Shown here piece after piece: positions 40,380-50,404 of a stretch of DNA of 64,000 bases (the stretch's first letter is position 1; the number at the start of each line of letters is the position of its first letter). The stretch is taken from the NCBI GenBank assembly GCA_965208325.1, contig OZ242326.1, positions 2,752,001 to 2,816,000 on the forward strand. Reading direction: 5' to 3'. This stretch comes from Candidatus Poribacteria bacterium (GTDB lineage Bacteria > Poribacteria > WGA-4E > PCPOR2b). The notes under the pieces were generated by a model. It worked only from the letters and a program-made list of their open reading frames with translations. It was not told the origin of the DNA and searched no databases. Both the position numbers and the translations under genes were made by a program.

Positions 40380-40979
40380 TTGGCGCGCCAAATTACGGAT
40401 GATCCTTCGGATCAGGAAGATACCCATTTGGCAACTCTCACGAAAGAACGGGATGAGTCCGCCTTTCGCTTGTTGTACAACAAGCATTTCAGTTGGGTTT
40501 TTAGCAAGACGTATCGTATGCTTCAAAACCATCAAGATACTGAAGAGGTGTGCTCAGATATCTTTGTCAAAATGTGGGAGAAAATAGATAAGTGGGATAC
40601 CGACCAAGGAAGTTTTCAAGCATGGTTAAATGTCGTAGCCAAGAATACTATCATTGATGCAATTCGCAAGAAAGAAAGAATTCGTGAATCGCTGTTAAAT
40701 GTCGACGCCGATGCTGACATGCCAAGTGAGTACGAGGACAATCGGCCAACACCTGACAGACTGATTGAATCTCAAGAAGCTCAGGAGATTCTGGAACAAG
40801 CGCTCGCCCAGGTGACTAAGCCGAATCATCGAACAGCTTGGATATTACGTCATATAGAGGGATGTAGTATCGCAGAGATTTCGCAAACGCTTGACCGAAA
40901 AGAAGGTACCGTCAAGATTTGGATCTTTCGTTGCGCACAAGAGTTGAAACAAATCCTAATCAGAAAAGGCTTGCAATAG
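40380..40979 (+). CDS. ECF RNA polymerase sigma factor
   Basis: DTEEVCSDIF, SFQAWLNVVAKN..ID and SIAEISQTLDRKEGTVKIWIFR; TTG start after GGGAGG. Confidence 0.9.
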   Translation: MARQITDDPSDQEDTHLATLTKERDESAFRLLYNKHFSWVFSKTYRMLQNHQDTEEVCSDIFVKMWEKIDKWDTDQGSFQAWLNVVAKNTIIDAIRKKERIRESLLNVDADADMPSEYEDNRPTPDRLIESQEAQEILEQALAQVTKPNHRTAWILRHIEGCSIAEISQTLDRKEGTVKIWIFRCAQELKQILIRKGLQ

Positions 40980-41007
40980 ATATTCTAAACTTGGAGGGGA
41001 GTTAGCC

Positions 41008-42126
41008 ATGAACCTTTGGAAGAAATCAAGACCGATTTACAGCAGTGATGAATCGAAGAATGCGGAGTTGTTAGAAGTATACACATGTTGGATTAAAGGA
41101 GAGAAACTCTCGCGCAAGCAGAAACGACTGCTTAAATCCAGCCAAGACGACACACTGGTAGGGAATTTGAAGCCGCTAATCCACTTTGCCCACTACAGCT
41201 TTCGCGAAACAGAAAGTGTCTTACCTCGTCCTGGTGCAAAACAACGAATCGCTGACGCGCTAACGCGGCGAATTAAACCCACTGCAACTGAAAGCCTTCC
41301 CGACGCCATGCAATTGCAACCGGCTTACAGTATAGATCCGGTTGGAAGTGATAGTGAACTCGCTCACCCGCCTGATGCCGGAAACCTTCCGACGCATCCC
41401 CAACACCAGGTCGATCCCTCTGCTGAGACGGTAATAATCGAAAGAGAAGGTGAACCCGAAGGAATAACGCTTGCACCAGTGGAGGGCAGTTGCAATCTGA
41501 AATTAAGGACAACCCAGATTGATGGAATGCAACAGGAGTATAACATCGCCTTCAAAGAGGTAATCATTGGACGTAGCGTTGAGGCAACGATTCAGTTGAA
41601 TACCAATGCAGCAGTTTCGCGCCGGCATGCGTTGCTCACTGCTTACGGCGATAACGTTTACATTACCGACCTTGGCAGCAGTAACGGCACTTACGTTAAT
41701 GGCGTGCGCATATCTGAACCGACTCGGCTTCAGGTTGCATCTACAATTACCATCGTCAAGCAATCGCTTGAAGTCTCCGAAATTCAGCGTGAGGAAGGCG
41801 CCCTCCGTCTCTCTTTGACGGAATCCGAAGGCGAACATGTTGGACAGGTTTACACCGTCCATATCAAAGAGATTACTGTTGGGCGGGGCAGAGCCGCACG
41901 CCTCCGATTCTCCGATCCTGCCGGGACGCTTTCACGCCTGCATGCAAGATTTGAGTTGAAAAATGGAGATATATACATTACAGATCTCCACAGTACAAAC
42001 GGCACCTATGTGGATGGCGTTCCCATAGAAGGTCCGACTGTGCTTCAAACGGGCGCAACCATACAACTAGGCAGCGTTATCTGTTATGTAGTCGATATCG
42101 AACATGCGCCGTTAGTTTCTGTTTGA
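41008..42126 (+). CDS. Tandem FHA-domain protein with anti-sigma-like N-terminus
   Basis: IGRS..VSRRHA..DLGSSNGTYVNG and VGRG..LSRLHA..DLHSTNGTYVDG; no TM helix. Confidence 0.88.
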   Translation: MNLWKKSRPIYSSDESKNAELLEVYTCWIKGEKLSRKQKRLLKSSQDDTLVGNLKPLIHFAHYSFRETESVLPRPGAKQRIADALTRRIKPTATESLPDAMQLQPAYSIDPVGSDSELAHPPDAGNLPTHPQHQVDPSAETVIIEREGEPEGITLAPVEGSCNLKLRTTQIDGMQQEYNIAFKEVIIGRSVEATIQLNTNAAVSRRHALLTAYGDNVYITDLGSSNGTYVNGVRISEPTRLQVASTITIVKQSLEVSEIQREEGALRLSLTESEGEHVGQVYTVHIKEITVGRGRAARLRFSDPAGTLSRLHARFELKNGDIYITDLHSTNGTYVDGVPIEGPTVLQTGATIQLGSVICYVVDIEHAPLVSV

Positions 42127-42138
42127 ATTCTTGAGTGT

Positions 42139-43218
42139 ATGAATCAGAGACAACTTGCGTTAGCCCATTTTAACCGTGCCGCAAAGTATTACCAAAAAGC
42201 TATTTATGTCCAGGCAATTCACCATTACCTTGCGGGCTTGAAAATTGATGCCACTCGGGCTGAGATTTACGCAGACCTCGCAAAAGCGTATGAAATGCTG
42301 GGCTGCTGGGATCATGCGCTTAATTCGCTGGAAACTGCGTTGCGGTTACGGCCCGGATTCACAACAGCCCTACGGCGGAAACAGCGGATTCTGGAAGAAC
42401 AAGCGTTTTATGAGGCCACGCAAAACCGGCTAGACGTTAATCCAGAACTCCCGGTCCAACATCGTCGGAGTGAAAACTCTACCGACAATACCATTGAAAT
42501 CGAACACTCCCGCTTCACACTGACCTGTCCCGATACAACTCCGCAAAGTACGATTTCAGCCGTATGCCAACTAGCTGAACGAATCTACAATGAGGTTGGC
42601 GGGATGTTTCAGTGCTATCCCCGCCATCCAATTCCCATATCCATGGAAGATGCAAGTTTACCATCATATTCCACTCTCAATCGCACACTCCCGCCCTGGG
42701 CTGCCGCTCGATATAACAACGGCATTCAACTCATCCACCGCCCCGGAAACACTGGAACCGGGATTCTATCGACGTTGATTAGACACGAATGGGTTCATTT
42801 GACTGTTGACTTATTAGCACAAGGACAGTGCCCAAGATGGCTTGATGAAGGGCTTGCTCAGACGATTGCCCGTCCCCTTATGAATTTTGAGCACGAATAC
42901 CTAGAAGATGCAAGACAAAATCAGCAACTTTTGACAATGGATGTGTTGAAAAAACCATTCCACCAATTCGATTCCCGGCAACGCCGATTAGCATATCTTC
43001 AGTCAAGTGCGATAGTGGGATATTTGGTAAATCAATTTGGATTCGCCCGCATCCGTGAGATTCTCAATCGAATCGGAAATGGAAGCGCCTCTGAAATCGC
43101 AATCCAAGACACTTTGGGAAAAACACCGGATGAAATTTTAGCCTCGTGGCAATTGGACAATAACGGGGCAAATCATGAAACTCAGAGTAACCCTCGAACA
43201 GAGAATCCATTTGTATAA
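42139..43218 (+). CDS. TPR plus gluzincin (peptidase MA-like) metallopeptidase
   Basis: N-terminal TPRs, RHEWVH, PRWLDEGLA and LAYLQS. Confidence 0.85.
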   Translation: MNQRQLALAHFNRAAKYYQKAIYVQAIHHYLAGLKIDATRAEIYADLAKAYEMLGCWDHALNSLETALRLRPGFTTALRRKQRILEEQAFYEATQNRLDVNPELPVQHRRSENSTDNTIEIEHSRFTLTCPDTTPQSTISAVCQLAERIYNEVGGMFQCYPRHPIPISMEDASLPSYSTLNRTLPPWAAARYNNGIQLIHRPGNTGTGILSTLIRHEWVHLTVDLLAQGQCPRWLDEGLAQTIARPLMNFEHEYLEDARQNQQLLTMDVLKKPFHQFDSRQRRLAYLQSSAIVGYLVNQFGFARIREILNRIGNGSASEIAIQDTLGKTPDEILASWQLDNNGANHETQSNPRTENPFV

Positions 43219-43707
43219 ATGGAAACGCTTGATATCGTAATTGTAGTCCTTGTTGGTCTAGGAGGCTTGAATTGTCTTCGAGTTGGCTTTACACGCAGCG
43301 TGTGGGGAATTGCTGCTATCTCCATGGGTGTGTTTGTTGCTAGTCAACTGTGGCGGGAGCTTGCGTCAATCCTGCAAACCGTAATAAAGCATGAGGGCAT
43401 CTCGAAATGGGTGAGTGTCATCGCTATTGCAGCCGTCGTGAGCCTAACGGCGGACAAGGTATTTGAGCAGATTCAGAAAATCATCCGCCGAGGCGTTTTA
43501 GGATGGCTAGACAACATTGTCGGCGGCGTATTTGGAATTGCTGCCAGCGGCGTTATAATTGGATTGGCGCTCATATTGCTGAATCAACACGGCGGTGAAG
43601 GGTTTCAAGAAGCTATTGCAGCTTCCCGTTTCGCACCAACGCTTCTAGACGTTGCCCATCAGGTTTTTGATTTTGGAAAAGAGATGATTGAAAAACAAAC
43701 TGGTTAG
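43219..43707 (+). CDS. cvpA: CvpA (colicin V production) family membrane protein
   Basis: LDIVIV..GF, four TM helices, LDNIVGGVFG. Confidence 0.8.
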   Translation: METLDIVIVVLVGLGGLNCLRVGFTRSVWGIAAISMGVFVASQLWRELASILQTVIKHEGISKWVSVIAIAAVVSLTADKVFEQIQKIIRRGVLGWLDNIVGGVFGIAASGVIIGLALILLNQHGGEGFQEAIAASRFAPTLLDVAHQVFDFGKEMIEKQTG

Positions 43708-43999
43708 AAATTATAACACTTCCCTTCAGATACCCCATGATCAGGCTTGTTATTACCCACAAATGCGCAACTCATCCGCTCCGGGAGAGCGGTATGTGGA
43801 AATTTACGATAAATCGCTGCATCTAGGAAAGCATGATACGCTCCGACGAGATGTGGGTATAGCAAGCCCGATAAAGAGAACTAGGGGGGTTGCTCCCTAT
43901 TTTGATTGGATTGATATGTGTAATTTTTAGTTGCAATGACTATAGGACCTGCTTGTTGAATCCTAATGCCCTTTCTCGCAAGTCACATTTCACACTGAA

Positions 44000-44899
44000 A
44001 TGAAATCGTCCTTCCTTAAGTTTTTGCGGATTTGTTCTTTTTGTCTCCTGCCATTTTTTTCTCCTGTAACATATTCCCACTTTGATGCCGAAAATCTGCT
44101 CGCATTCGCAGATGCGCTCTTTCAAGAAGGAGATTATCCCAACGCCATTCATGAATATCAGCGCTACCTTTTCCTCTATCCCGAAGGTGATAAAAACGAC
44201 CTCGTTCAATTTCGTATCGCAGCAGCTTATCAAAACACCGGCCAACTGCAGGTGGCAATAGAATCTTACCAAAAGTTAATCGCCATCTACACGATGAGCC
44301 CTTTGGCCGAGCGGGCAAAATCGAATGTCGCACAATGCCAACTGCTGCAGGGCAAGAAGTCCGCTGCCATTACGTCGTTGCGTCAGTTCTTGGCAGATTC
44401 GCCAAATAGTGGGTTAGCTCCCCGCGCACAATTCATTATTGGCATGATTCACATGGAAAATAGAGATTGGTCAAGCGCCGCACAGGAGTGGAAACAGGTC
44501 AGTATCAGATATGCTCAGACACCCTTCGGCCCAATGAGTGACCGCCTTTCACGAATCGTTCAACATCGTGAATCTCTGCCGCGCCGTTCTCCGCTAACAG
44601 CCGGACTGCTCTCAACGTTCACTCCTGGGCTTGGACAGGCATATAGCAATCGTTCTACCGATGGATTGCGCACGCTGTTAGCCGTTGGTACCGTTGTCGG
44701 CGGGACCATATACTACGTTAACGAGGAACGCTATAGAATTGCGATTCCATTGGCGGCGATTGGGTTTTCTCTTCATCTGCGCAACATTTACGGCGCCGTA
44801 CAATCCGCAAAAACCTTTAATCGAAAACACGAAAGTACATTCCTCAACCGACTCAGAGCGCAGATTCACGAATCCAATCTATTCGGCGCTTCAGATTAA
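44000..44899 (+). CDS. Exported TPR protein with C-terminal TM2-like membrane region
   Basis: Signal peptide, TPRs, RSPLTAGLLSTFTPGLGQAY. Confidence 0.8.
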   Translation: MKSSFLKFLRICSFCLLPFFSPVTYSHFDAENLLAFADALFQEGDYPNAIHEYQRYLFLYPEGDKNDLVQFRIAAAYQNTGQLQVAIESYQKLIAIYTMSPLAERAKSNVAQCQLLQGKKSAAITSLRQFLADSPNSGLAPRAQFIIGMIHMENRDWSSAAQEWKQVSIRYAQTPFGPMSDRLSRIVQHRESLPRRSPLTAGLLSTFTPGLGQAYSNRSTDGLRTLLAVGTVVGGTIYYVNEERYRIAIPLAAIGFSLHLRNIYGAVQSAKTFNRKHESTFLNRLRAQIHESNLFGASD

Positions 44900-45231
44900 T
44901 GGATTCCGGAGAAACACTGTGCGTGAAAAATCCTTCTCCTGATTGTCGTAGATCAATCAATCGAATAGAATCTATTGAGCGAATAGCGAAGAAAATAGTC
45001 TTCTCATAATCCTCAGGAAAACACCCCCGACATGTCCGCTGTCTGTGATAAAATGAATTAAATCCACACGCCGAGAAATCAGCAACTATGCGGTCTGCAA
45101 CACTCCTGGTTACCTTGAATAACAAAAGATTCACCTGTCCGCTTTGGTCTCATTTTGAGGGTCGCCGGACGCCGAAACTGCCATTTAGCGCATTTAAAAC
45201 CCGCTTTTTCAATCGGAGTGTCCGTTTTTCT

Positions 45232-46143
45232 ATGTTTTTCCTGCTTTTCATTCTCATGGCCATTATCTGTCAACAAGCTCAGGCAGAGCAAGACGATTCG
45301 TATCTCCGATTTGCCGAACACCTCTTCAATCTCGGAAACTATGAATCATCAATCCTTGAACACAAGCGCTTTCTTTTCGACCATACGGATACAGATGTGG
45401 CTGACTTTGTACGTTACCGTATCGCACAGGGTTACTTTTATCAAGAAAATAGCGTAAAGGTCCAGCAGATGTTCGAAGAACTCATGAAGACGAATCCGGA
45501 TTCCCCGCTCAATCCTCATGTTCAACTGATGTTGGGAAAATCCTACCTTGACGCTGGAGAGTATACGAGTGCCCGCTCCAATTTATCCAAGATTATTCAT
45601 GCTGATGCAGATGTTCAGCTATCGGCACAGGCACAATACCTAAAGAGTTGGTGTTATATTCATGAGTGGAATTGGTTGAAGGGGATTGCGGAATTTAGAA
45701 AGGTCAGCAGGTTCCAGCCTGATACATCCCTCAGTACGGTATCCAACCATCTTGCAGACACGACGTTAGCCAAAATTCCTTTGCCGCTCAAGTCGCCCGA
45801 CAGCGCCCTATGGCTGTCCACTCTTTTTCCTGGAATAGGGCAAATCTACGCAGGCCAACACCGTAACGGACTCATCTCCGCCGCAGTCAGTGCCACGTTT
45901 ATATATCTCGCGGCTGACGCATCTCGTGACGAGCGGTATGTAGATGTGGTAGGTATTTCGCTATTAGGTTTGTGGCATTATTGGCGGGATCGGTCCAGTG
46001 CGAAAGGCTTAGCGGTCGAACACAATCGCAAGCTGGCAATGAATCTGATTTACGAGTTAAAGCAAAAATCAGCCGGGTTTAAGCCTTTAAATTTCGAACT
46101 GCCGGAAATTGAAATTATAGCCCCCGCTTCACTGGCGCCATGA
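45232..46143 (+). CDS. Exported TPR protein with C-terminal TM2-like region (paralogue of the upstream gene)
   Basis: Signal peptide, TPRs, KSPDSALWLSTLFPGIGQIYAG; start uncertain (ORF open from 45088). Confidence 0.78.
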   Translation: MFFLLFILMAIICQQAQAEQDDSYLRFAEHLFNLGNYESSILEHKRFLFDHTDTDVADFVRYRIAQGYFYQENSVKVQQMFEELMKTNPDSPLNPHVQLMLGKSYLDAGEYTSARSNLSKIIHADADVQLSAQAQYLKSWCYIHEWNWLKGIAEFRKVSRFQPDTSLSTVSNHLADTTLAKIPLPLKSPDSALWLSTLFPGIGQIYAGQHRNGLISAAVSATFIYLAADASRDERYVDVVGISLLGLWHYWRDRSSAKGLAVEHNRKLAMNLIYELKQKSAGFKPLNFELPEIEIIAPASLAP

Positions 46144-47772
46144 GTGCTGACTGAGGATATCATCCTGGCCCAACTCATCGAAAAGTGACGTGACATTGCT
46201 GCCGTCTGCATCCATAACCCAGATACCGAAACTGCCGTTGCGGTCGCTGCTAAAAGCAATCTTCGTCCCGTCCGGAGACCAACACGGATAGCCATTGTAA
46301 CTGTCCTCGCTGGTCAAGGTGGTTCGATCCCGTGAAAACAAATCTAATACACATATCGCAGCTTGGCTCAGAGATACTTCTTTGGTAAACACCAACTTAG
46401 AACCGTCCGGACTCCAATCCGGGTGGAGTTCGGTGTCTAAGCCCTCCGTTAACCGTTCAACGCCGCCTTCTATTACTGACGCAATGACGACCGGTGCTTG
46501 GGGCGGTTGATACTCCTCTTGCGCTGCACGTATTAATTCATGCAGTTTAGTCTCCGGTTCCGGCACTGGTATCGGGACGGGCGTTGGCTCCGGCTCGGGC
46601 TCCATTTCCGGTTCTGGCTCCGGTTCTGGTTCCGGTTCTACTTCTGGTGGGAGTGCCGCGTCAGCGGCAAGAAACGCTTCAATGTCCACCACAAAGAGAT
46701 TTCTATCATAAGAATACGCAATCTGGGTGCTGTCAGGCGACCAAGTCGGTTTCGAGTCTGCCTCGCAGAAGGAAAGTTTAACGCGATTTTCTCCGTTCAC
46801 ATCCATGATGTAAATCGACGGCTTTCGAAGGGCTTTCGAATGAACGTAAGCAATGCGGTCCCCATCAGGTGACCAAGCCGGATGCCGATCATTGAAAATG
46901 TCGCCGCTGATTGACCTCGTATTGCCGCCGCGGCTATTCATTACATAGATTTGTGGTGGGGCACCGCCTTCTGAGCGACTGAAGATAATTTGCCCGCCAT
47001 TCGGTGACCAGCTAGGTTGGTCGTCGAAAAAGTGAGTAAGCGCCGTCTCGTTTGCACGGTTTGCGTCAATGACTGAAATTCCAAAAAAGTCCTCGCCGGC
47101 AACATTTCCGCGAGCGAAGACAATTTGCCCAGTCATTTTGCGTCGAATAGAAATATTTTGTACGACATTTCTGTCACCGATAGTGATACCCGGCATGTCT
47201 ACTGTGTCATAACCCGGTTTTTCTGCCGTCAAATCGTATTGTCCATCGGAAACTGGGGCAATTATGAATTGTCCCGTAGTGTTCGTAACTGACGCGCGGT
47301 CGCCCAATGTAACCAGGACGTTTCGCACTGGATTGCCGTCGTTAGATATAACCTTGCCCTCAAACTTAACGCCGGGTTCAAGGCGGAAATCGACGGTTGC
47401 CGAATCTTTGCGAGTGACGCTCACTGCCGCTCGTTGTTCCAGATAACCAAGCGCTAAAATGCGCAGGTTATAGTCGCCGCTTTTGAGCGATTCAAACCTA
47501 AAGATGCCATTAGCATCGGTAGTTGTAGTTGCGACCTCCTCAAAGATGGATTTTTCGTCTGTAACGCTCTTTTTCGTAGACAACTTGACTGTCGCATTTG
47601 CAATTCCAGCATGGGTGACCAAATCTGTAACGGAACCTGAGATGACTCCCTCCGGCGATGACACTATCCTCGGACCGACATCTTCGGAATCGTCACCGCC
47701 GCAACCAACGAAAAACACAAACAGAACAAAAATAAACAGACCAAGGTAAGAGTAACGGATTAAGTTCTCCAT
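46129..47772 (-). CDS. Lipoprotein with carboxypeptidase-regulatory-like domains and a TolB-like propeller carrying an EP-repeat insertion
   Basis: Lipobox FVGC, GSVTD..TTDANGIF, WSPDG repeats, (EP)n tract. Confidence 0.85.
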   Translation of the reverse strand: MENLIRYSYLGLFIFVLFVFFVGCGGDDSEDVGPRIVSSPEGVISGSVTDLVTHAGIANATVKLSTKKSVTDEKSIFEEVATTTTDANGIFRFESLKSGDYNLRILALGYLEQRAAVSVTRKDSATVDFRLEPGVKFEGKVISNDGNPVRNVLVTLGDRASVTNTTGQFIIAPVSDGQYDLTAEKPGYDTVDMPGITIGDRNVVQNISIRRKMTGQIVFARGNVAGEDFFGISVIDANRANETALTHFFDDQPSWSPNGGQIIFSRSEGGAPPQIYVMNSRGGNTRSISGDIFNDRHPAWSPDGDRIAYVHSKALRKPSIYIMDVNGENRVKLSFCEADSKPTWSPDSTQIAYSYDRNLFVVDIEAFLAADAALPPEVEPEPEPEPEPEMEPEPEPTPVPIPVPEPETKLHELIRAAQEEYQPPQAPVVIASVIEGGVERLTEGLDTELHPDWSPDGSKLVFTKEVSLSQAAICVLDLFSRDRTTLTSEDSYNGYPCWSPDGTKIAFSSDRNGSFGIWVMDADGSNVTSLFDELGQDDILSQHSWRQ

Positions 47773-47921
47773 AATAATTCGTGGGTACGTTTATCCGTCA
47801 GATTCAGACAAACATCCCTCCTCCTCCTTTCCTAATTCACCTGCTGGCAAAAGCCTTCTATACATCAATTCAACCCAGTGAACCAATTCACTAGTCCTTG
47901 TTTAACTGTTTAAACAGAAAT

Positions 47922-49538
47922 CTACAATTTCTGCGCGGCATTTGGTGCATTCTTCCAAAAACCGTCGTCGGCTGAATCATTTAAAACCGTTTCGGGAATG
48001 TAGTTGCTGTAATCCGAAATATTCCCGTGCGTAATCGCATAGACGACAATGTTGATTAGTTGGCGCGCTGCATGCGGCGCAAGTTCCACTAGAATCTGGT
48101 TCTTATTTTTGAACTTGCCGTAGAAGGGCTTCTGAACTGCTCCATCGACTACATGCATCATCTGTTCAGTATCAACCAAAACGGCAAGCCGCCCGTCTAT
48201 AGTGATACCCTGCAGTTCCGAATATGGCCCAAAGTGAAGGGGAATGCTATGGCCCCCCATTGAGGTAATCTTGCGCAAGGGAAAACGTAAGGGGCCATTT
48301 AGCGAATAGTATGTGTTGTAAATCGGGTGATCATTGCGAACAATGCCGAGTTGATGCTCAGGCAGGAGGCTCCGAAGTACTTTCCTTGTACCTCTCATGG
48401 CATTTTCCGCATTTCCATGCGTCGCCATATAGATGAATCCCCCACGATGCAGCACATACTCCCGCAGACTTTGAACTTCAGAGTCTGTATACTTACTTAA
48501 TCCACCCGGACGCCTAGTATTCCAAATTGGATTACTGTGAGAGTTGAATACTCGCTTTAGATGTTCTGGGCTTAAATTGGATCCACCGGGTATCGGCTCC
48601 ATGAATATGATTGGTGCCTGAAAGAACCCGGAATCGTTCATTCCGACCGAATCGACAAACTGTGTTTTTATCTTAGTTTTTTCATTTAGCGATTGCACTA
48701 GATAGGACAGACCTGCCCCAAATCGGAAATTGCCGACACCGTTGCCTCATATGTCTGCACTAGGGTGTAGCGGATCTTCAAAACGCGCCAAGTTTAATCG
48801 CCCCATTATATTTCGACCGCGCCCCACCACGATAGCACCGGGAATACCATGGGGGAGCTCAGGCATGCCGCCTCCCAATGCTACCTTGTCAGCGACATCG
48901 GAAAGCGCGTCGTCAATGTTGGCAGCACCTTCGGCACCAATCAACGAAGTCAATCCGATACGGCCGCTTTCCCTGGTCCCATCCACATTGCTTCCTGAAC
49001 TGACAACCCTATGTCCGCCGCTGAAACCGCCGCCAACGCCTTCCGAGAGCGAACCGCCTCCGCTCACCCCCGACGTTAACGGGGCATTCGAGTGAAGCGG
49101 AAGATCGACAGCAGTAGCAAGAGGTTGGGCCGGTTGGCGATTGGCACGAGAAGACTGAACGAGTCCTTGGACAGATATTTCGGCGCGCGCGGCTTGCGTA
49201 GTAGATTGAGAAACTAGGGAATTCACCGCTGTAGCCTTCGCCGCAAATACGGAGGCAGATCGTCCAGGATGAGTCGTCAGAGCCCGCGACTGCGCCGACG
49301 CTATCTGTCGTTCGATTTGAATGTCAGGCATAGGTATTATCGGCACGGAGATAGGTGCCTTGACATACGGTAATTTCTCTACGGGCTTTATCGGTTTAAC
49401 TTTCAGAATGCTCACATTTAAGGCATCAACTTCTCTAGAATTAATTTGTTTGATGGCGATTAAACTAAACACAATCGCGAGACATAGATGTACCGCTAGA
49501 GACATTAACCAGAAGCGGTACTTGTAACGAGATTTCAT
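47922..49538 (-). CDS. Membrane-anchored DUF4159-domain protein with one in-frame TGA (48747-48749); candidate selenoprotein or nonsense-disrupted gene
   Basis: ORFs 48747..49538 and 47922..48698 are in the same frame, joined by TGA plus 16 sense codons. DUF4159-like motifs LREYV..GGFI, DHPIY, GITIDGRLAV and NIVVYAITH. Confidence 0.75.
48703..48720 (-). promoter_or_regulatory. Candidate bacterial SECIS hairpin
   Basis: UGGGGCA-GGUC-UGUCCUA 7-bp stem, loop at +34 to +37 after the UGA; core GCAGGUCUG as in E. coli fdhF SECIS. Confidence 0.45.
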
Positions 49539-49662
49539 TGGGGTAACCTCCTTTTGCGAATAGTTCGGCTAGTCTTGCCGTACCGGGAAGAGAAAACGGC
49601 ACTGCAATCAGCATAAAACCGATTCTCCAATTAGTGTTTACGCTGTGTTTACTTCTATTTAT

Positions 49663-49678
49663 AGCAAGTATGATGCCA
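49663..49678 (-). promoter_or_regulatory. Sigma-54 (-24/-12) promoter
   Basis: TGGCATCATACTTGCT = GG-N10-GC, about 125 nt upstream of the 49538 start. Confidence 0.75.
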
Positions 49679-50404
49679 GTTCGGAATGCTTTAAAATGAA
49701 GTCGGATAGGGATTGTTGCCCGATAAACTGTTCAATACATGGACGGGATTGTCCGAAAATCGTGCAATGAGAGTTCGGCGGCATAAATGGAAAATGCACC
49801 AACTTGTCACTTCGTCGTGTGAGACGTTGTCCGTGCGAGAAATTGGGTATGTCTATTTCTGAAAAAGGCACGCTTTCCCGTTCGCCATTGTGACACCAAC
49901 TTCAGCCCAAAAAATAAATCGTCATGACTGTATCATTTTTGCCACACTATCCCTTTCAATGCCAAGAAACCTTCACCGTAGCTCGGTCTTGCACCAAACG
50001 GTGCATTTTGAACCAAACCTTGCCCTGTTTTGTGCACTCATTGGACGAGATTAATCTCTCAATGCATTGCTGAGTTTTTTTGAGTTCACCAATATTTGCA
50101 AAAATGTCGATAGGTTTGAAACCGTATTTTTTTCTTGAAAACTCGATTTATTAAACCGTGCAGTAAATGGAAGCCATTCCGCCATGCCCGTCCGCTTAGA
50201 TTTCCAAGCCCGAATTGATACTAGCACAATTTTCAAACCATCTCCGTGGCCAATACAAAATTTGCTAATACGTAGCACACTCGTACGTAGTAGCATTTAT
50301 CTACTGTAGAAAAGCCAATCGAAATATGGTATTATGAAAGGGTAAAGTATCTAGTCCTTCAAGAAATCGGTTCATGGGCTCTCCACTCAAAGGTATATTG
50401 CCGC

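Noticed and set aside
43710..43960. Short ORF and possible mini-element (TATAGCAAG...ACTATA)
   Set aside because: Single copy in the window with weak inverted ends; cannot be supported
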